Shown in pieces: positions 51,986 through 64,000 of a DNA stretch of 64,000 bases; the first letter of the stretch is position 1, and each line of letters starts with the position of its first letter. Origin of the DNA: Octopus sinensis (taxonomy: Eukaryota); contig NC_043006.1 of NCBI RefSeq assembly GCF_006345805.1, positions 24,924,001-24,988,000 of the forward strand, written 5' to 3'. The notes beneath the pieces were generated by a model that made no database searches, was not told the origin of the DNA, and was given only the letters and a program-made list of their open reading frames with translations. A program made the translations under genes and the position numbers.

Positions 51986-52710
51986 GAGCATGTCTGCATA
52001 TGCAGACAATGTCACCGTCATAGTGTCTAGCCAGAAGTCGACCTTGAGCGACTTCAACACAACCAAAGCATTCTATAGGGGATTAGTGGAGGGGAGGTAC
52101 GACATCAATCTCAGGGCAAACCTGGGCATCGACGAGGAATACCTGACCTGCCTTTTCAAGACGACTTTTGGGCCAGGACCTATGGACAACTTCCAGAGAT
52201 CCCTGGCCTGGCAGTGCTATCAAGAAGTGCTACCTATTTGGGATAAGCTCTACAGGCATGGCTCGAGAAACACGGGGCCGACCTGCCCAAGATGCGGTCA
52301 GAGCAACGAAACCATTCTGCATGCACTCATACAGTGTCCAACCATTTCCGACCTGTGGGCATATGTCGAACAACTGCTATCACGTGTGGGACAAGTCAGT
52401 TTATCAACTGAGTCTATCGTGAATATTGTCACGCTTTGAAACAGGAAAGAAGAGCCATTTTCATCGTACTTGTGGCTATGGCGATAAAATGTGCATGGTG
52501 GACACGTCTGAAAGGTCTAGAGACAAACACTTTTCTCTAGGGTCAATCTCTCATCAACTTCTTCAAGTATCACTTGAAGAAGAATGTGAGAGTAGAGAGG
52601 GAAGTTTTGTCTAGTGAATGTTTCCAAAAAAGATGGGTGAATGTAGCAAGGATGCTATGTGTGAATGACGGAGCTAGCTTGAGCATAATCCTCTGAACCA
52701 AAAAAAAAGA
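51984..52710 (+). mobile_element. Tx1/L1-clade LINE 3' end (zf-RVT region) with poly(A)
   Basis: AWQCYQEVLP..CPRCGQSNETILHALIQCP..LW; A-tail at ~52700. Confidence 0.8.
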
Positions 52711-52789
52711 CCATAGCAGATCTTCTTCTAGCATAATGGATGATCCACTTACAGGTCATGCCTCTTATATAATAGTTTCACTTTAATAG

Positions 52790-52990
52790 TTTCAGTATTA
52801 AAGTGAAAGCATCTGACATTACAATAGAGAGGTGTTTTTGTTTCACTTTTGACATGTAATACTGAAATAGTGGAGAAGGTATGATATTGCTTTGGGCTCA
52901 CACACTACATGGACCCTAAGTAAGGCATGTGTAAAATTTGAATGAAACAGAGACAGACACACATTCTCAATTTTATATATATAGATAACA
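52790..52990 (-). mobile_element. Possible non-autonomous Helitron 5' end
   Basis: Minus strand a|tctatatatataaaattgagaatgtgtgtctgtc. Confidence 0.4.
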
Positions 52991-53479
52991 ATATTGTTTA
53001 AATCAATCACCTATAATACTCCATGATAAAATTTCCTCTGTATTATCATCATTGGTTTTATTAGCATCTTGCCTCTATAACAGGCAATTAGCATCTTGAT
53101 TTGAGGTCTTCCACTACCCAACCTCATTATAGCCTTCAAAATAATCTTGACAAGTTTTATGACTATACCTGTCAACTCCATCATGCCCTTTCTTAACAGA
53201 CACTATTCTCTAGTCTTAGATTTGATAAACAAAGATTTAATAAACAAGACTAATAAACTATAACTGAACCAAAATCAGTGACAAGCTATGACACAAACAA
53301 TTTTTTTCCTGATATCTTAGAAACTTCTAAGCTGAAGTGACAACAGCATAGACTTTGTCTGTCTTCTTACCCTATTAGAAGAGTTAAGTAAAATTATACA
53401 AATGAGTCCAAATGATTGAAAGGAACCATTTATTTATTTATGCAGCTGATATAGACCTGCATTTAAATTGATGTCATGA

Positions 53480-54287
53480 TTGCATTGTTCAATTAAATGG
53501 ATGCGCTTGAAACAATTGTACTGCATCACCTCTGGACATCCTGTTGCATATTTTGAATTTTATTCAACTTATTTTGAAGTTGTACAGAGAATACTGAAGT
53601 GTCGCTTGTTTACCGGGGCTAAGCCATTCCTTACGCTGCTTCATATTGATGTACAGGCACCACTTTTCGTTGCCAATAACGATTCGGTAATGAAATTGTT
53701 GCTTGTGTCTATGAGTTCAGCAGTGATGAGCAAGCAAACCAGCGAGGATTGTGGCTCGTTGATTTTTGTTGTCACTTAAAGCATACGGAACCCATACTCC
53801 TTACTTCTGAACCTTTCCCATCGAGTGAAGATGCTTCTCTACAGCAGTATGGGAACAAATCAAAATTTTCGTGCAAAAGTTGGTTTAATTGCTCTTCATC
53901 AAACTCAACTGGACGGCCAGAAAGAGATGCTTCTTTGAGGTCAAAATTTCCATTTTTGAATTTGGCCCACCAATTACAAGTGGTTCTTTCAGCTATGGCA
54001 CCCTCTCCATACATAGCATAAATGTCGTGAGCAACTTTTGCAGCCTTAGAACTTTGGTTAAAAGCAAAAAGAAGGAGGTGTCGAAAATGCTCATTTTTCT
54101 TAACTTGACATTCCATTTTAATGATCTGAAAATAAATAAAAATTAACTAAAATTAACTAGAAAAAAACAAAATAGATTCCAAAATGATTCAAAAATAGAA
54201 TTCTTGAAAAAAATAGATTCCAAAAGTTAAAACGCAATAAATTTCAAAATTTAAAAAAACGGTGGTAACTTATTTGCCAACTCAATA
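53480..54287 (-). mobile_element. Mariner (Mos1/SETMAR-like) transposon, 5' part with truncated transposase
   Basis: TA|TTGAGTTGGCAAATAAGTT TIR; HFRHLLLFAFN..W.AKFKNGNFDL..SGRP; WVP..L; G.EKW.LY. Confidence 0.88.
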
Positions 54288-54324
54288 TTATGTATATGTA
54301 TTCTTATAAATATATATATATACA

Positions 54325-54720
54325 GTAGTGGCTGTGTGGTAAGTAGCTTGTTTACCAACCACATGGTTCCGGGTTCAGTCCCACTGCGTGGCACCTTGGG
54401 CAAGTGTCTTCTACTATAGTCTCGGGCCGACCAAAGCCTTGTAAGTGAATTTGGTAGACAGAAACTGAAAGAAGCCCGTCGTATATATGTATATATATAT
54501 GTGTGTGTTTGTGTGTCTGTGTTTGTCCCCCTAGCATTGCTTGACAACTGATACTGGGGTGTTTATGTCCCCGTTACTTAGCAGTTCAGCAAAAGAGACC
54601 GATAGAATAAGTACTAGGCTTACAAAAGAATAAGTCCCAGAGTCGAGTTGCTCGATTAAAGGCGGTGCTCCAGCATGGCCGCAGTCAAATGACTGAAACA
54701 AGTAAAAGAGTAAAGAGTAT
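54325..54720 (+). mobile_element. SINE family 1, full length
   Basis: Full head and tail. Confidence 0.88.
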
Positions 54721-54724
54721 ATGA

Positions 54725-55035
54725 GGAGACCCCCTTTGGTCATGAATGACCATGGAAATGCACCTAGAAAGTTACCCTCTAAGGCACAAGTCTGGGCAAG
54801 TTTGTTTGTGGAAGGCCTGCAGTCACCCATGCATACCAGCCTCCCCTCTCCACACCACTGATGTTATCCAAGGGAAAGACAAAGGTCCATACAGCTTGGC
54901 ACCAGTGATGCTGCAACTCATTTCTACAGCTGAGTTAACTGGAGCAACATGAAATAAAATGTCTTGCTCAAGAACATAACACATGGCCCAGTCTGGGAAT
55001 CGAATTCACAACCTCACAATCATAAGCTCTATACC
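54725..55035 (-). mobile_element. SINE, same family as 2895-3206
   Basis: Colinear homology over ~300 bp. Confidence 0.82.
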
Positions 55036-55741
55036 TTCATTTCTTATTCCAAATCATATACTTTACACTATCTAGACTACGCACGTATCATGACAACATA
55101 TTCCTTGATATTGCTGAAATAGAACGTCTCGAAATACAATACCATATTAAAATGATTATATTGCCAATCTTCTTTTTCCTACTTTTATTCCACATTTCTG
55201 TTCATTATTTACTAAAGTAAAATTATTCCAACAACTTCTAGTTACATAATTTTATTTTGTCATGTCTTTATATAGGATGAAAACAGCAAAATAAGTTCAT
55301 ATAATCGAGACTCATCGTAATTACGTATATATATATGTATGTGTGTGTGTATACGTTTGTGTGTCTGTGTTTGTCCCCCCAACATCACTTGACAACCGAT
55401 GCTGGTGTGTTTACATTCCCATAACTTAGTGGTTCTGCAAAAGAGACCGATAGAATAAGTACTAGGCTTACAAAGAATAAGTCCTGGGGATCGACTTGCT
55501 CGAATCATAATCCCTGTATTTTTCTGCATATTTTGAAAAAAAAATTTCTGCAAAAAGTGAAAAATGAAATTAGTGAAGGGTGGGGGTGGGGGGTAATTTG
55601 AAAATGCCAAATTTTGCCAATTTTTTTGCAGATTCATATTCTCCGTAGTCGAAAACGAGGGTTTGTGTAGAAAAAAAAATAATAATAGTAAATGGGGGGG
55701 GGAGTACAAAAGGAAGTCTTGCCGGTCTTGTATCAATTTCT

Positions 55742-55821
55742 GTCTATAGGAATATTCTCCTGAAGAGATGAATGGGACCCTTAATAGATTCCCAACATCG
55801 AAATTGCAGTAGAAAATAGAC
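55742..55821 (+). ncRNA. Type-I hammerhead ribozyme with intact core
   Basis: CTGAAGA 55760-66; stem II GATG/CATC plus TGGGA/TCCCA; GAAA 55800-03; stem III ATTGCAGT; GUA triplet; stem I TATTCTC/GAAAATA and GTCTAT/ATAGAC. Confidence 0.8.
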
Positions 55822-56442
55822 CATTTATTTTTAAGTTGTGGATTTTATATGTCATGTTGCCTGCAGACTATTTATTGTGATGAGATATAATATGAGTGAT
55901 GATAGCGGCTTTATAGTGGTTTTTGACTGCTCTTTCTAAACATGTAAGCATTTTTGAAACCCTCTAAGTTATAATTGTGACTTGTTCATAATTATAAACG
56001 CAGTCGTTCTATGTATTTTATGATAACATGTTTGGCCAAATAATTATTAATTGTTTATGATATATCCTCTGTAATGTATTATTACATTACTTTTTAATTA
56101 TACACACACACACACCTATACACATTCATACATGCACATACATATTTATATACACCTATGGATGTGCATACATATACATAAATGTATATGCATGTGTGTG
56201 TGCACACATGCTTGTTTACATTTTTTAGATCAATGATATCAGTAAAATATGTTATCCTTCATTTGGGAAAGGAAATAAGGGCTTATATCAGAAGGGTAAG
56301 CATAAAAAAATGGACTAAAAAGAAAGAATAAAATGAAAGTGTGTGTGTGTAAATACAGGGTAAAATTTATTTAAAACATAATTTTTACCAGTGGTCCGCA
56401 TGTGTAATAAAAGCCAGAAGACATAAATATTTCTATATAATA

Positions 56443-56677
56443 CCTATTTCTTTACTACCCACAAGGGGCTACACACAGAGAGGACAAACAAGGACAGACA
56501 AATGGATTAAGTCGATTATATCGACCCCAGTGCGTAACTGATACTTATTTAATCGACCCCGAAAGGAGGAAAGGCAAAGTCGACCTCGGCAGAATTTGAA
56601 CTCAGAATGTAGCGGCAGACGAAATACCGCAAAGCATTTCGCCCAGCGTGCTAACGATTCTGCCAGCTCACCGCCTT
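56443..56677 (-). mobile_element. SINE family 2 with 15-bp TSD
   Basis: tatttctatataata at 56428-56442 and 56683-56697. Confidence 0.9.
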
Positions 56678-56716
56678 TTATATATTTCTATATAATAGAG
56701 TATAAAAATTTATACA

Positions 56717-57950
56717 CAGTGGGAAGACCACTATGTGGAAATCTTACATGCTGAAAGGGGCAGTCACAACCTAAACCACGTAAAGAAAGATTCTTCTTTA
56801 AGGCATGTTGCTTGTAAGCAAGCAGGATATCTAAAATTATAAAAGTCTCAGTTAACTGCTGTACTATTCTGACTTGGCAGAGTGTTTGAGGATATTTGAT
56901 TTGAATTCTTGATGTATAAGGATGGAACTAAGTGTCCATGTTTTTTACCTCGTGTTTTTCAGTACATATAGTTCCATAATTATGCATTTTCCAGCGACAC
57001 TGCTGATGAACCAGGGATGGTTAATTAATCAACTGATTGACTAATTAATTGATTTATTTGATCATTAATAGAGAAACTCATGGGTATAGGCATAGGAGTG
57101 GCTGTGTGGTAAGCAGCTTGCTTACGAACCACATGGTTCCGGGTTCAGTCCCACTGCGTGGCACCTTAATCAAGTGTCTTCTACTATAGCCTCAGGCCAA
57201 TCAAAGCCTTGTGAGTGGATTTGGTAGACGGAAACTGAAAGAAGCCCGTTGTATACATGTATATATATATGTATGTGTGTGTGTATACGTTTGTGTGTCT
57301 GTGTTTGTCCTCCCAACATCGCTTGACAACTGATGCTGGTGTGTTTACATCCCCGTAACTTAGTGGTTCGGCAAAAGAGACCGATAGAATAAGTCCTAGG
57401 CTTACAAAGAATAAGTCCTGGGGTCGACTTGCCCGACTAAAGGCAGTGCTCCAACATGGCCACAGTCTAATGACTGAAACAAGTAAAAGTGTAAATACTT
57501 TTTACCCTGTATCTATATAGTTAAATATTTTGATTCTTCGGCCAGGTACTACACTATTGAATTAATTCACTGCTGTACTATTCTGCCTTGGCACGGTGCT
57601 TGAGGATATTTTATGTGAATTCTTGATGTATAAAAATGGAACTAAGTGCACATGTGTTTTACCTCATATTTTTCGGTACATATTATAGTCTCATAATTGT
57701 GCATTTTCCAGTGACTCTACTGATGAACCATGGATGGTTAATTAATCAATTGATCGACTAATTAATTGATTTATTTGATCATTAATGGAGAAACTCATGG
57801 GTATAAGGTTAACTGAGACTTTTATTCATTTAGATATCCTATTTGTTTACAACCAGCATGCCTTAAAGAAGAATCTTTCTTTTTGTGGTTTAAGTTTTGA
57901 CTGCCCTTTACGGCATGTAAGAATTCCACATGGTTGTTTTCTCTCCAGAA
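56717..57950. repeat. Composite A-B1-(SINE)-B2-A' structure: ~140-bp inverted arms enclosing a ~235-bp direct repeat
   Basis: A 56717-56856 versus A' 57808-57950 (inverted); B1 56856-57088 versus B2 57570-57805 (direct); both B copies carry CTGATGA..GAAACTCATGGGTA. Confidence 0.8.
57089..57491 (+). mobile_element. SINE family 1, full length
   Basis: Full head and tail. Confidence 0.88.
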
Positions 57951-58149
57951 ATACACACATAACTCTAACAACCTTTGCACTGGTCAAAAGGGATAAGCAT
58001 CTCTCTGTTAAACATCCATTAATGCTGTAATACCTGAAGCAATGAATCCATGAAGATGATCAACTTTATACCCATGGATACTACGGATTACACTGTAATC
58101 ATCCCAGGAATACGGACTGTGATCTTAAGAGACATGTAATTTGTGAAAA

Positions 58150-58700
58150 CATGTGTAGCAATGCATTAAAAGTTTCCCCATACCTTCTAAAGTCAGCAGG
58201 AAATGTAGTACCCTCATCTGGGTTATATGAGAACTCTCCAACGGAGTTTATGACCACATTAGAGATTAATGAACTCGATGTATTTTCTGTTTTGTTGAGT
58301 AGTAGTTGTATTAACAGTTGCTGTTGCTTCTGTCTGCAAATCAAACAACTGCTGTTGTTGCAGTTTTTGTAATTCAATTACTGAAGCTAGTAAATTTTTC
58401 ATGTTGAAACAACAATTGGTTGGGCATGGATTTGAATATCTCATTGCCAAAAATATTATGGGCGAGAGCTGTGCAGATTGGGTATAAGAATAGTATTACT
58501 CAAATAAATATCTGGATAAGGTTATTTAGAATAACCTTTCACAGAATTAATATGTTCATACAGAACATACTCCATACTACTTCAACATATTAAACTAACA
58601 CAGTAGCCAATATAGATGATTAATGCTGTCAACAACTACAGTTCACATGCTTTTAGTCACGTGGGTTTGGTGAGGATCCTTCCACAACAGTATATATACA
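58150..58700 (-). mobile_element. Gypsy gag remnant related to 11490-12520, with PBS-like site
   Basis: Poly-Q, then VINSVGEFSYNPDEGTTFPADFRRYGETF; tttttggcaatgag PBS-like site. Confidence 0.75.
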
Positions 58701-58789
58701 CATACATACATTCACTCAATTAATGCATTTAATCTTGACTCTTTCTCTTTCCCAACAATATTGGTATACAAAATTCGTACCCACATACC

Positions 58790-59255
58790 TTATGAAAATG
58801 ATAACAACCAAACTATGTTGAGTGATTTTCTGTGACGACTGCCTCTCTGTTTTCAGAGTTGGGTCTTGTCACAGATTTTGATCAAGAACAAGGATCACTT
58901 TACACCAATGAAGTACAGACAACTGACTCAACACTACAGTAAACTACCACACATGTACAATCTCCCTAAGATTCACAAGGATGGTATTCTGTTAAGACAT
59001 ATAGTGAGCTATTGAGGTTCAGCATGTCATCCACTGAGCCGCTTCCTTGTGGTTATAATCAGTTCATTAGCAGGAAAGTCAACATTGTACATGAAGAATT
59101 TCACCTATTTCACAGAATTGATCAAGGATACCCCCATTGAATCCAACCAGATGGTGAGTCTAGATGTGATAAGCCTGTTCACCAAAGTCCCAACTGGTGA
59201 AGCAATATTGGTGATACAAGAAAAACTGACAGACACCCATCTAAAAGAACGCACT
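58790..59255 (+). mobile_element. Penelope-like RT fragment
   Basis: PHMYNLPKIHK.G..LR.IVS..GS..LS.FL..KN..F; MVSLDV.SLFTKVP. Confidence 0.85.
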
Positions 59256-59864
59256 AGTTTACCAGGTGCAGGTTCAGGCAAGGTTGTTTATGGAAGACCA
59301 GCAGTCGCCCATGCATATTAGATGTAATTTTAATAGTGTTCACTTTTGAACTCTCTCACTATGTGAGAGTTTTCAGTTTGAATCGCACGTGACTTGAGAT
59401 GTGCTGGTGATTTTCTATTTTGGATATATTTGGGGTACTTAGGTCTGCTCATAATTTAGTGCTTGCTTCTTCCATGGGTATGAGTAAGTATTTCATTTAT
59501 GTCTTACATATTTATCGCTGACAAGGAGAAAATTCTTATGAATTAACTCTGAAATTGGAACTGATACAATAATAACGGAATTTTTTAGAAATTTCTGTCG
59601 GCTTACTTTGAGATGCGTGTGTATAGTGTTAAATTATATGGGTATTGACAATTTGTCTATTTTCGGCATATTTGGCATTAGAATTTTTTCTTTTGCCCTT
59701 GTTTATAAGTTGTTTATAAGTTTAATCTTTAAAGGTATTTTTTAATATGCTGGCCATTGATAGAATTTTTTTCGAAAAATTTTATCCTATATGAGATAGA
59801 TATATATATATATATGTATGACATAATATGTGTGTATGTATGTGTGTATCGTTATGTGTCATCA

Positions 59865-61640
59865 TCATCAGCATTATTGTTTAATGTCCATTTTCCATGC
59901 TAGTTGGACAGTTTGACATGGAGCTGGTCAGCCAGAGAGCTATCCAGACTCAAATTGTCTGTTGTGACATGGTTTCTATAGCTGGATGCCCTTCCTAATG
60001 CCAACCACTTTACAGAGTATGCTGGGTGCTTCTTACATGCCTCTGGCATGGATGTGTTTATGCAATACCAGCAGGAGTGCATGTTATGTGACACTGTTAC
60101 CTGCAAAGGACAAGCCTGTATGTATGGACGACATCGATTCTATTTAGCTTGATGCACCTTCTTGAGTACAGCTAATCATCACAAATCCTGATCGCTTGTT
60201 ATTTCCTCAGTGAGGCCCTGCATCCAAAGATTGCTTCTCACCACTTTATCCCACATCATCCTGGGTCTAACAATCCATGTGTTCCCTCTACAATTAGAGC
60301 TCAGCACATTTTTATGCAGCTGTCTTCATCCATACACATCACATGACTGAACCAGTGCAGTCTTCTCTTTTGCACACATCTGATGCCTGTTACACACAGT
60401 TTTTCTCTTAAATCATTTACACTCTGTTGTATGTGCACACTGACATTATCCAACGGAGCATGCTAGCTTCATTTCTTTCAAGCCTTTGCCAGTCCTCTGT
60501 AGTAAAAGCCCATGTTTCACTGCCATTTAACATAGCTGTACGTACAAGGCATCATACAATCTGCCTTTCATTCTGAGAGAGAGGCCCTTAGTTACTAACA
60601 AAAGTAGAAGTTCTCTGAACTTTGCCCAGCCCATTCCTATTCTAGCAACTACACTTTCTGGATTTCTTCCTCCAGTGCTAACTTCATCTCCTAGGTAACA
60701 GAAGCTCTCTACTACTCTAATGGTCACCCCCAAGCATTGGGGTGGGGGGAGTCCGTTGTGTGCACATTTTTAGTGTTTATTGTACCTGCACATTTTCCAC
60801 ACACAAAGACTATTTTCTCCATTAACCTTCTTCTGATACCACTACACCTCTTATGTGTCCAAAGCTTGTGTGGGGTACAAACGTAGGAAGTTTCTACCAA
60901 CACCCTTCTCACATATCAAGCAGGACAACCTCCCTGGAGGGGCTTGTGGTTTGTCTATTTTCCTACTTGTGAGGACTTTGGTTTTTGCCAAATTAACTCT
61001 AAGGCCTTTAGATTCCAGGCCTTGCTTCCACACCTGAAATTTTTTCTCTAGGTCAGACAGTGATTTAGTTATAAGAATAAGGTCATCAGCATAGAAGACC
61101 TCCCAGAGGCAGCCAGTCTTGAATTCATGTGTTAAGGCCTAGAAGACTTAGATAAATAAGAGAGCTTGAGAATTGAATCTTGGTGAACTATCTCTTCACT
61201 GAATTCATTGCTATACTCGTTGCCAACCTTCACCTTACTGGCAGTATACCTGGCTTGTACTTTCCTTGCAAATATCAGCTCTGCTGGTGACATACCTGCT
61301 GGTGTATTTGGATTTGGTGTCCACCAATCCCATCACTGTTCCTTACCCAGAAGATTTTATACCTATACTCTTTTTCTGTGAGGAACCTAGAAGGACTGCC
61401 TCTCCACTTCTTGGATGTAACACACATCTACAGATCTCCATTAAAACATCTCAACAATCTCACCAAACCTGCCTTTCAATGTACCCACATTGAGTGTGCC
61501 CAACACTGAGGTGTGGAAGGTGTGGGCTAGGGAGACACAGAGGTCAGGTACAGCATTCTGCATCTCAAAAGAAAGCTTGCATGTACATATCCCAGACATG
61601 TCGTATAAGTTCAAAGAAGTTTCAACCTGCATTTATTTCA
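59865..61640 (-). mobile_element. RTE LINE: EN start fused to RT C-terminal half and tail
   Basis: LGTLNVGTLKGRFGEIVEM; RVNLAKTK; CLIC.KGVG..C..CKLWTHKRCSGI..FVCGKC; SFCYLGD; (GAT)n tail. Confidence 0.85.
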
Positions 61641-61694
61641 CTGTTATTTTATTCACTTCACACTCCTACATTTATCAGGAGATAGACTACTAGA

Positions 61695-61739
61695 TAGATG
61701 ATGGCAGAGAGAGAGTGAGAGAGAGAGAGAAAGAAAGAC

Positions 61740-61808
<69 letters not shown>
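61695..61808. repeat. (GA)n microsatellite
   Basis: Direct reading. Confidence 0.9.
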
Positions 61809-62376
61809 ATTCTGTGTAAGTTTCCTGTAGAGGTTCTTGGAGAAAGACACCCAGTATAGGTAGGGGGATTTGATAGGTTGGCTGGGTGCACCACAAGCAA
61901 CCAAGTAGCATGGCTGTCCCATGCCAAAGATGTAAGGCCATATAAAATATCCAAACAATGCAAAAGCATATAGCATGGAAAAAACATAACAGAAAAAACG
62001 AGGTTTTAAATATAATATGAGCAAATAAAATAAAGTGAGAACCCAAGCAAAATGAAGGGGCAAAAGAAGCCCATTTTCACTAGTGTTACTTAATGCAGCT
62101 ACTATTTAACATATAACATGGAAAAAAGTGAGGTTTTAGACGTAATATAAATGAGAACGAAAGCTAGAAATATGAACGAGATGAAAATGAGAATTAAAGC
62201 TATGGGACAAAAATGCTTATTTGAACATTAGAATGGCTTAACTTTACTATATATATATATATGTGAGTATGTATGTATGTATGTGTGTGTGTGTGTGTAT
62301 ATGTATGTACGTGTGTATGTATGTATGTATGTATGTATGTATGTGTGTGTTTGTGTGTGTGTATGTATGTGTGTGT

Positions 62377-62413
<37 letters not shown>

Positions 62414-62454
62414 GTGTGTGTGTGTATGTATGTATGTATGTACGTATGTAGGCA

Positions 62455-62990
62455 AGTTATTGTTCAGTTTTATTTCAAGATTTCCTGCCAGTAGAGAGTT
62501 GCTCTCTAACCTAGATCCAAGACTCCTTCATTGGAATTTCAACATCAACAACAGGGTATTTTTGTTTTTATGTATGTATATGTACAGATTTATATGTTTT
62601 TCTTTATGTATTTATTCTCATGCATATAGTTGCATATCTAGACATGCTCATATATATTTAAATGATAAACAGATTTTTACAGTTCCAGTGGTAGATTGGA
62701 TTTGTAGTCTTTGAATTAGCTTTCTCCTTTCTGGTTTTGAGAAGCCTAATTTTTCATGATTGGTATTTAGGCAGTGTGTTACATATCCCAGGGCCCCAAT
62801 AGTTACAGGTATAAACCTGAACTTGTAATCTGGATAGAGTAACTGCTGAATTCTCAATAGTTCTGAGTAGGTATTCTCTTTTTCACTGATCTTCAGCTTT
62901 ATGGTAATATCTGCAGGACAGGTAACTTCCACAGCTGTACACAGTTTCTCTTCTCTATCCCAAATCATTATATCAGGTCTGTCTGTCTGT
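62455..62990 (-). mobile_element. RLE-type non-LTR element 3' end (R4/NeSL-like)
   Basis: RPDIMIWD..VEVTCP.D..EK..Y..IPV.IGALG..GT.KIC. Confidence 0.8.
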
Positions 62991-63018
62991 ATGTATGTAT
63001 GTATGTATGCACATATCA

Positions 63019-63053
<35 letters not shown>

Positions 63054-63061
63054 ACATATAT

Positions 63062-63365
63062 ATCACCGTGACCGACCAGGCTATCAGATGTTGCTACACA
63101 TCGCTGGTCACAATGCGCTTCGCATTGTTTTAGCCTTCAAATGACGCCACCCCGCTGGCTAAGCGAGCAGGCCAACAGAAGAAAGAGTGAGAGAAAGTTG
63201 TGGCGAAAGAGTACAGCAGGGATCGCCACCTACCTCTCTGCCGGAGCCTCGTGGAGCTTTAGGTGTTTTCGCTCAATAAACACTCACAACGCCTGGTCTG
63301 GGAATCGAAACCGCGATCCTACGACCGCGAGTCCGCTGCCCTAACCACTGGGCCATTGCACCTCC
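63062..63365 (-). mobile_element. Young tRNA(Arg)-like SINE
   Basis: Minus head ggtgcaatggcccagtggttagggcagcggacTCGcggtcgtaggatcgcggtttcgattccc; CpG-rich body. Confidence 0.8.
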
Positions 63366-63384
63366 ACACACACACATATATATA

Positions 63385-63600
63385 TAGGTGCAGGCATGGC
63401 TGTGTTGTAAGGAGATTGCTTCCCAACATGGTTCTAGGTTCACTCCCACAGCATAGCATCTTCAGCAAGTGTCTTCTACTATAGCCTCAAGTCATCCAAA
63501 GCCCTGTGAGTTGATTTGGCGGATGGAAACTGAAAGAAACCCGTCATATATATATATATGTGTGTGTGTGTGTCTTCGTATCTGTATTTGTCCCCCCACC
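63385..63600 (+). mobile_element. SINE family 1, 5' half, degenerate
   Basis: Head homology. Confidence 0.7.
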
Positions 63601-63649
63601 CATCATGTACATGCATATACAGCAGGCGCTAATGCTCACATATTCATGT

Positions 63650-63686
<37 letters not shown>

Positions 63687-64000
63687 TACACACACACACT
63701 CACACACACAACTGATACACACAGCTGATATCCACATCTACACCTCATACAGCTGGTAAACACACATATACACTCTCACAATCCATTTACCTGATGTCCT
63801 GCAAGTCCCTTCAAATGTTGGCCAGATAGCAAGATGCTACCAGCTTCCTGCCCAGCTATGTGGTTTGAGAAATTTTCCTTTTTAATGCATTTGATGTTAC
63901 TGAAATGTCAATATCACTTCTAATAACACTGTGTGACCTGCATTGACCTATAGCAGCCCAGTTTTTGATAACCATCTTGGACTTCCTGCATCTCTCCTAT

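Noticed and set aside
55108-55145. TATTG-CTGAAAT..TCTC-GAAA-TA-CAATA hammerhead-like relic
   Set aside because: Core is broken at two positions and stem III is absent
63320-63365. tRNA-Arg-like sequence as a real tRNA gene
   Set aside because: No proper acceptor stem, and it runs into a SINE body; it is a SINE head

Overview
AT-rich eukaryotic genomic DNA, very likely a cephalopod (Octopus-type SINE and RTE families and (TA)n/(TG)n/(ATT)n microsatellites; the taxon is inferred from recalled repeat families). The window is almost entirely decayed mobile DNA, and no host protein-coding gene could be identified. LINEs: many RTE fragments and 3' tails, R4/Dong-like and HERO-like RLE elements, and Tx1/L1-like pieces. 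Other retroelements: Gypsy LTR/gag/integrase remnants, a solo LTR with a 4-bp TSD, Penelope-like (PLE) RT and GIY-YIG remnants, and several tRNA-derived SINE families. DNA transposons: Tigger, mariner, hAT, pogo- and piggyBac-type MITEs, and Helitron remnants. There is also one intron-containing tRNA-Ile(TAT) gene or pseudogene. The main hidden signal is a set of seven type-I hammerhead-ribozyme-like motifs from about six distinct sequence contexts, most with (near-)palindromic stem III typical of PLE dimeric hammerheads. The one at 55742-55821 has a fully intact core. Other notable items are a 72-bp inverted templated insertion copied from a neighbouring Gypsy gag into a LINE RT, a conserved structured 3'-UTR motif shared by two divergent HERO elements, and a covarying HDV-ribozyme-like fold in a SINE. 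All structures were paired by eye, many boundaries are approximate, and no searches were run.
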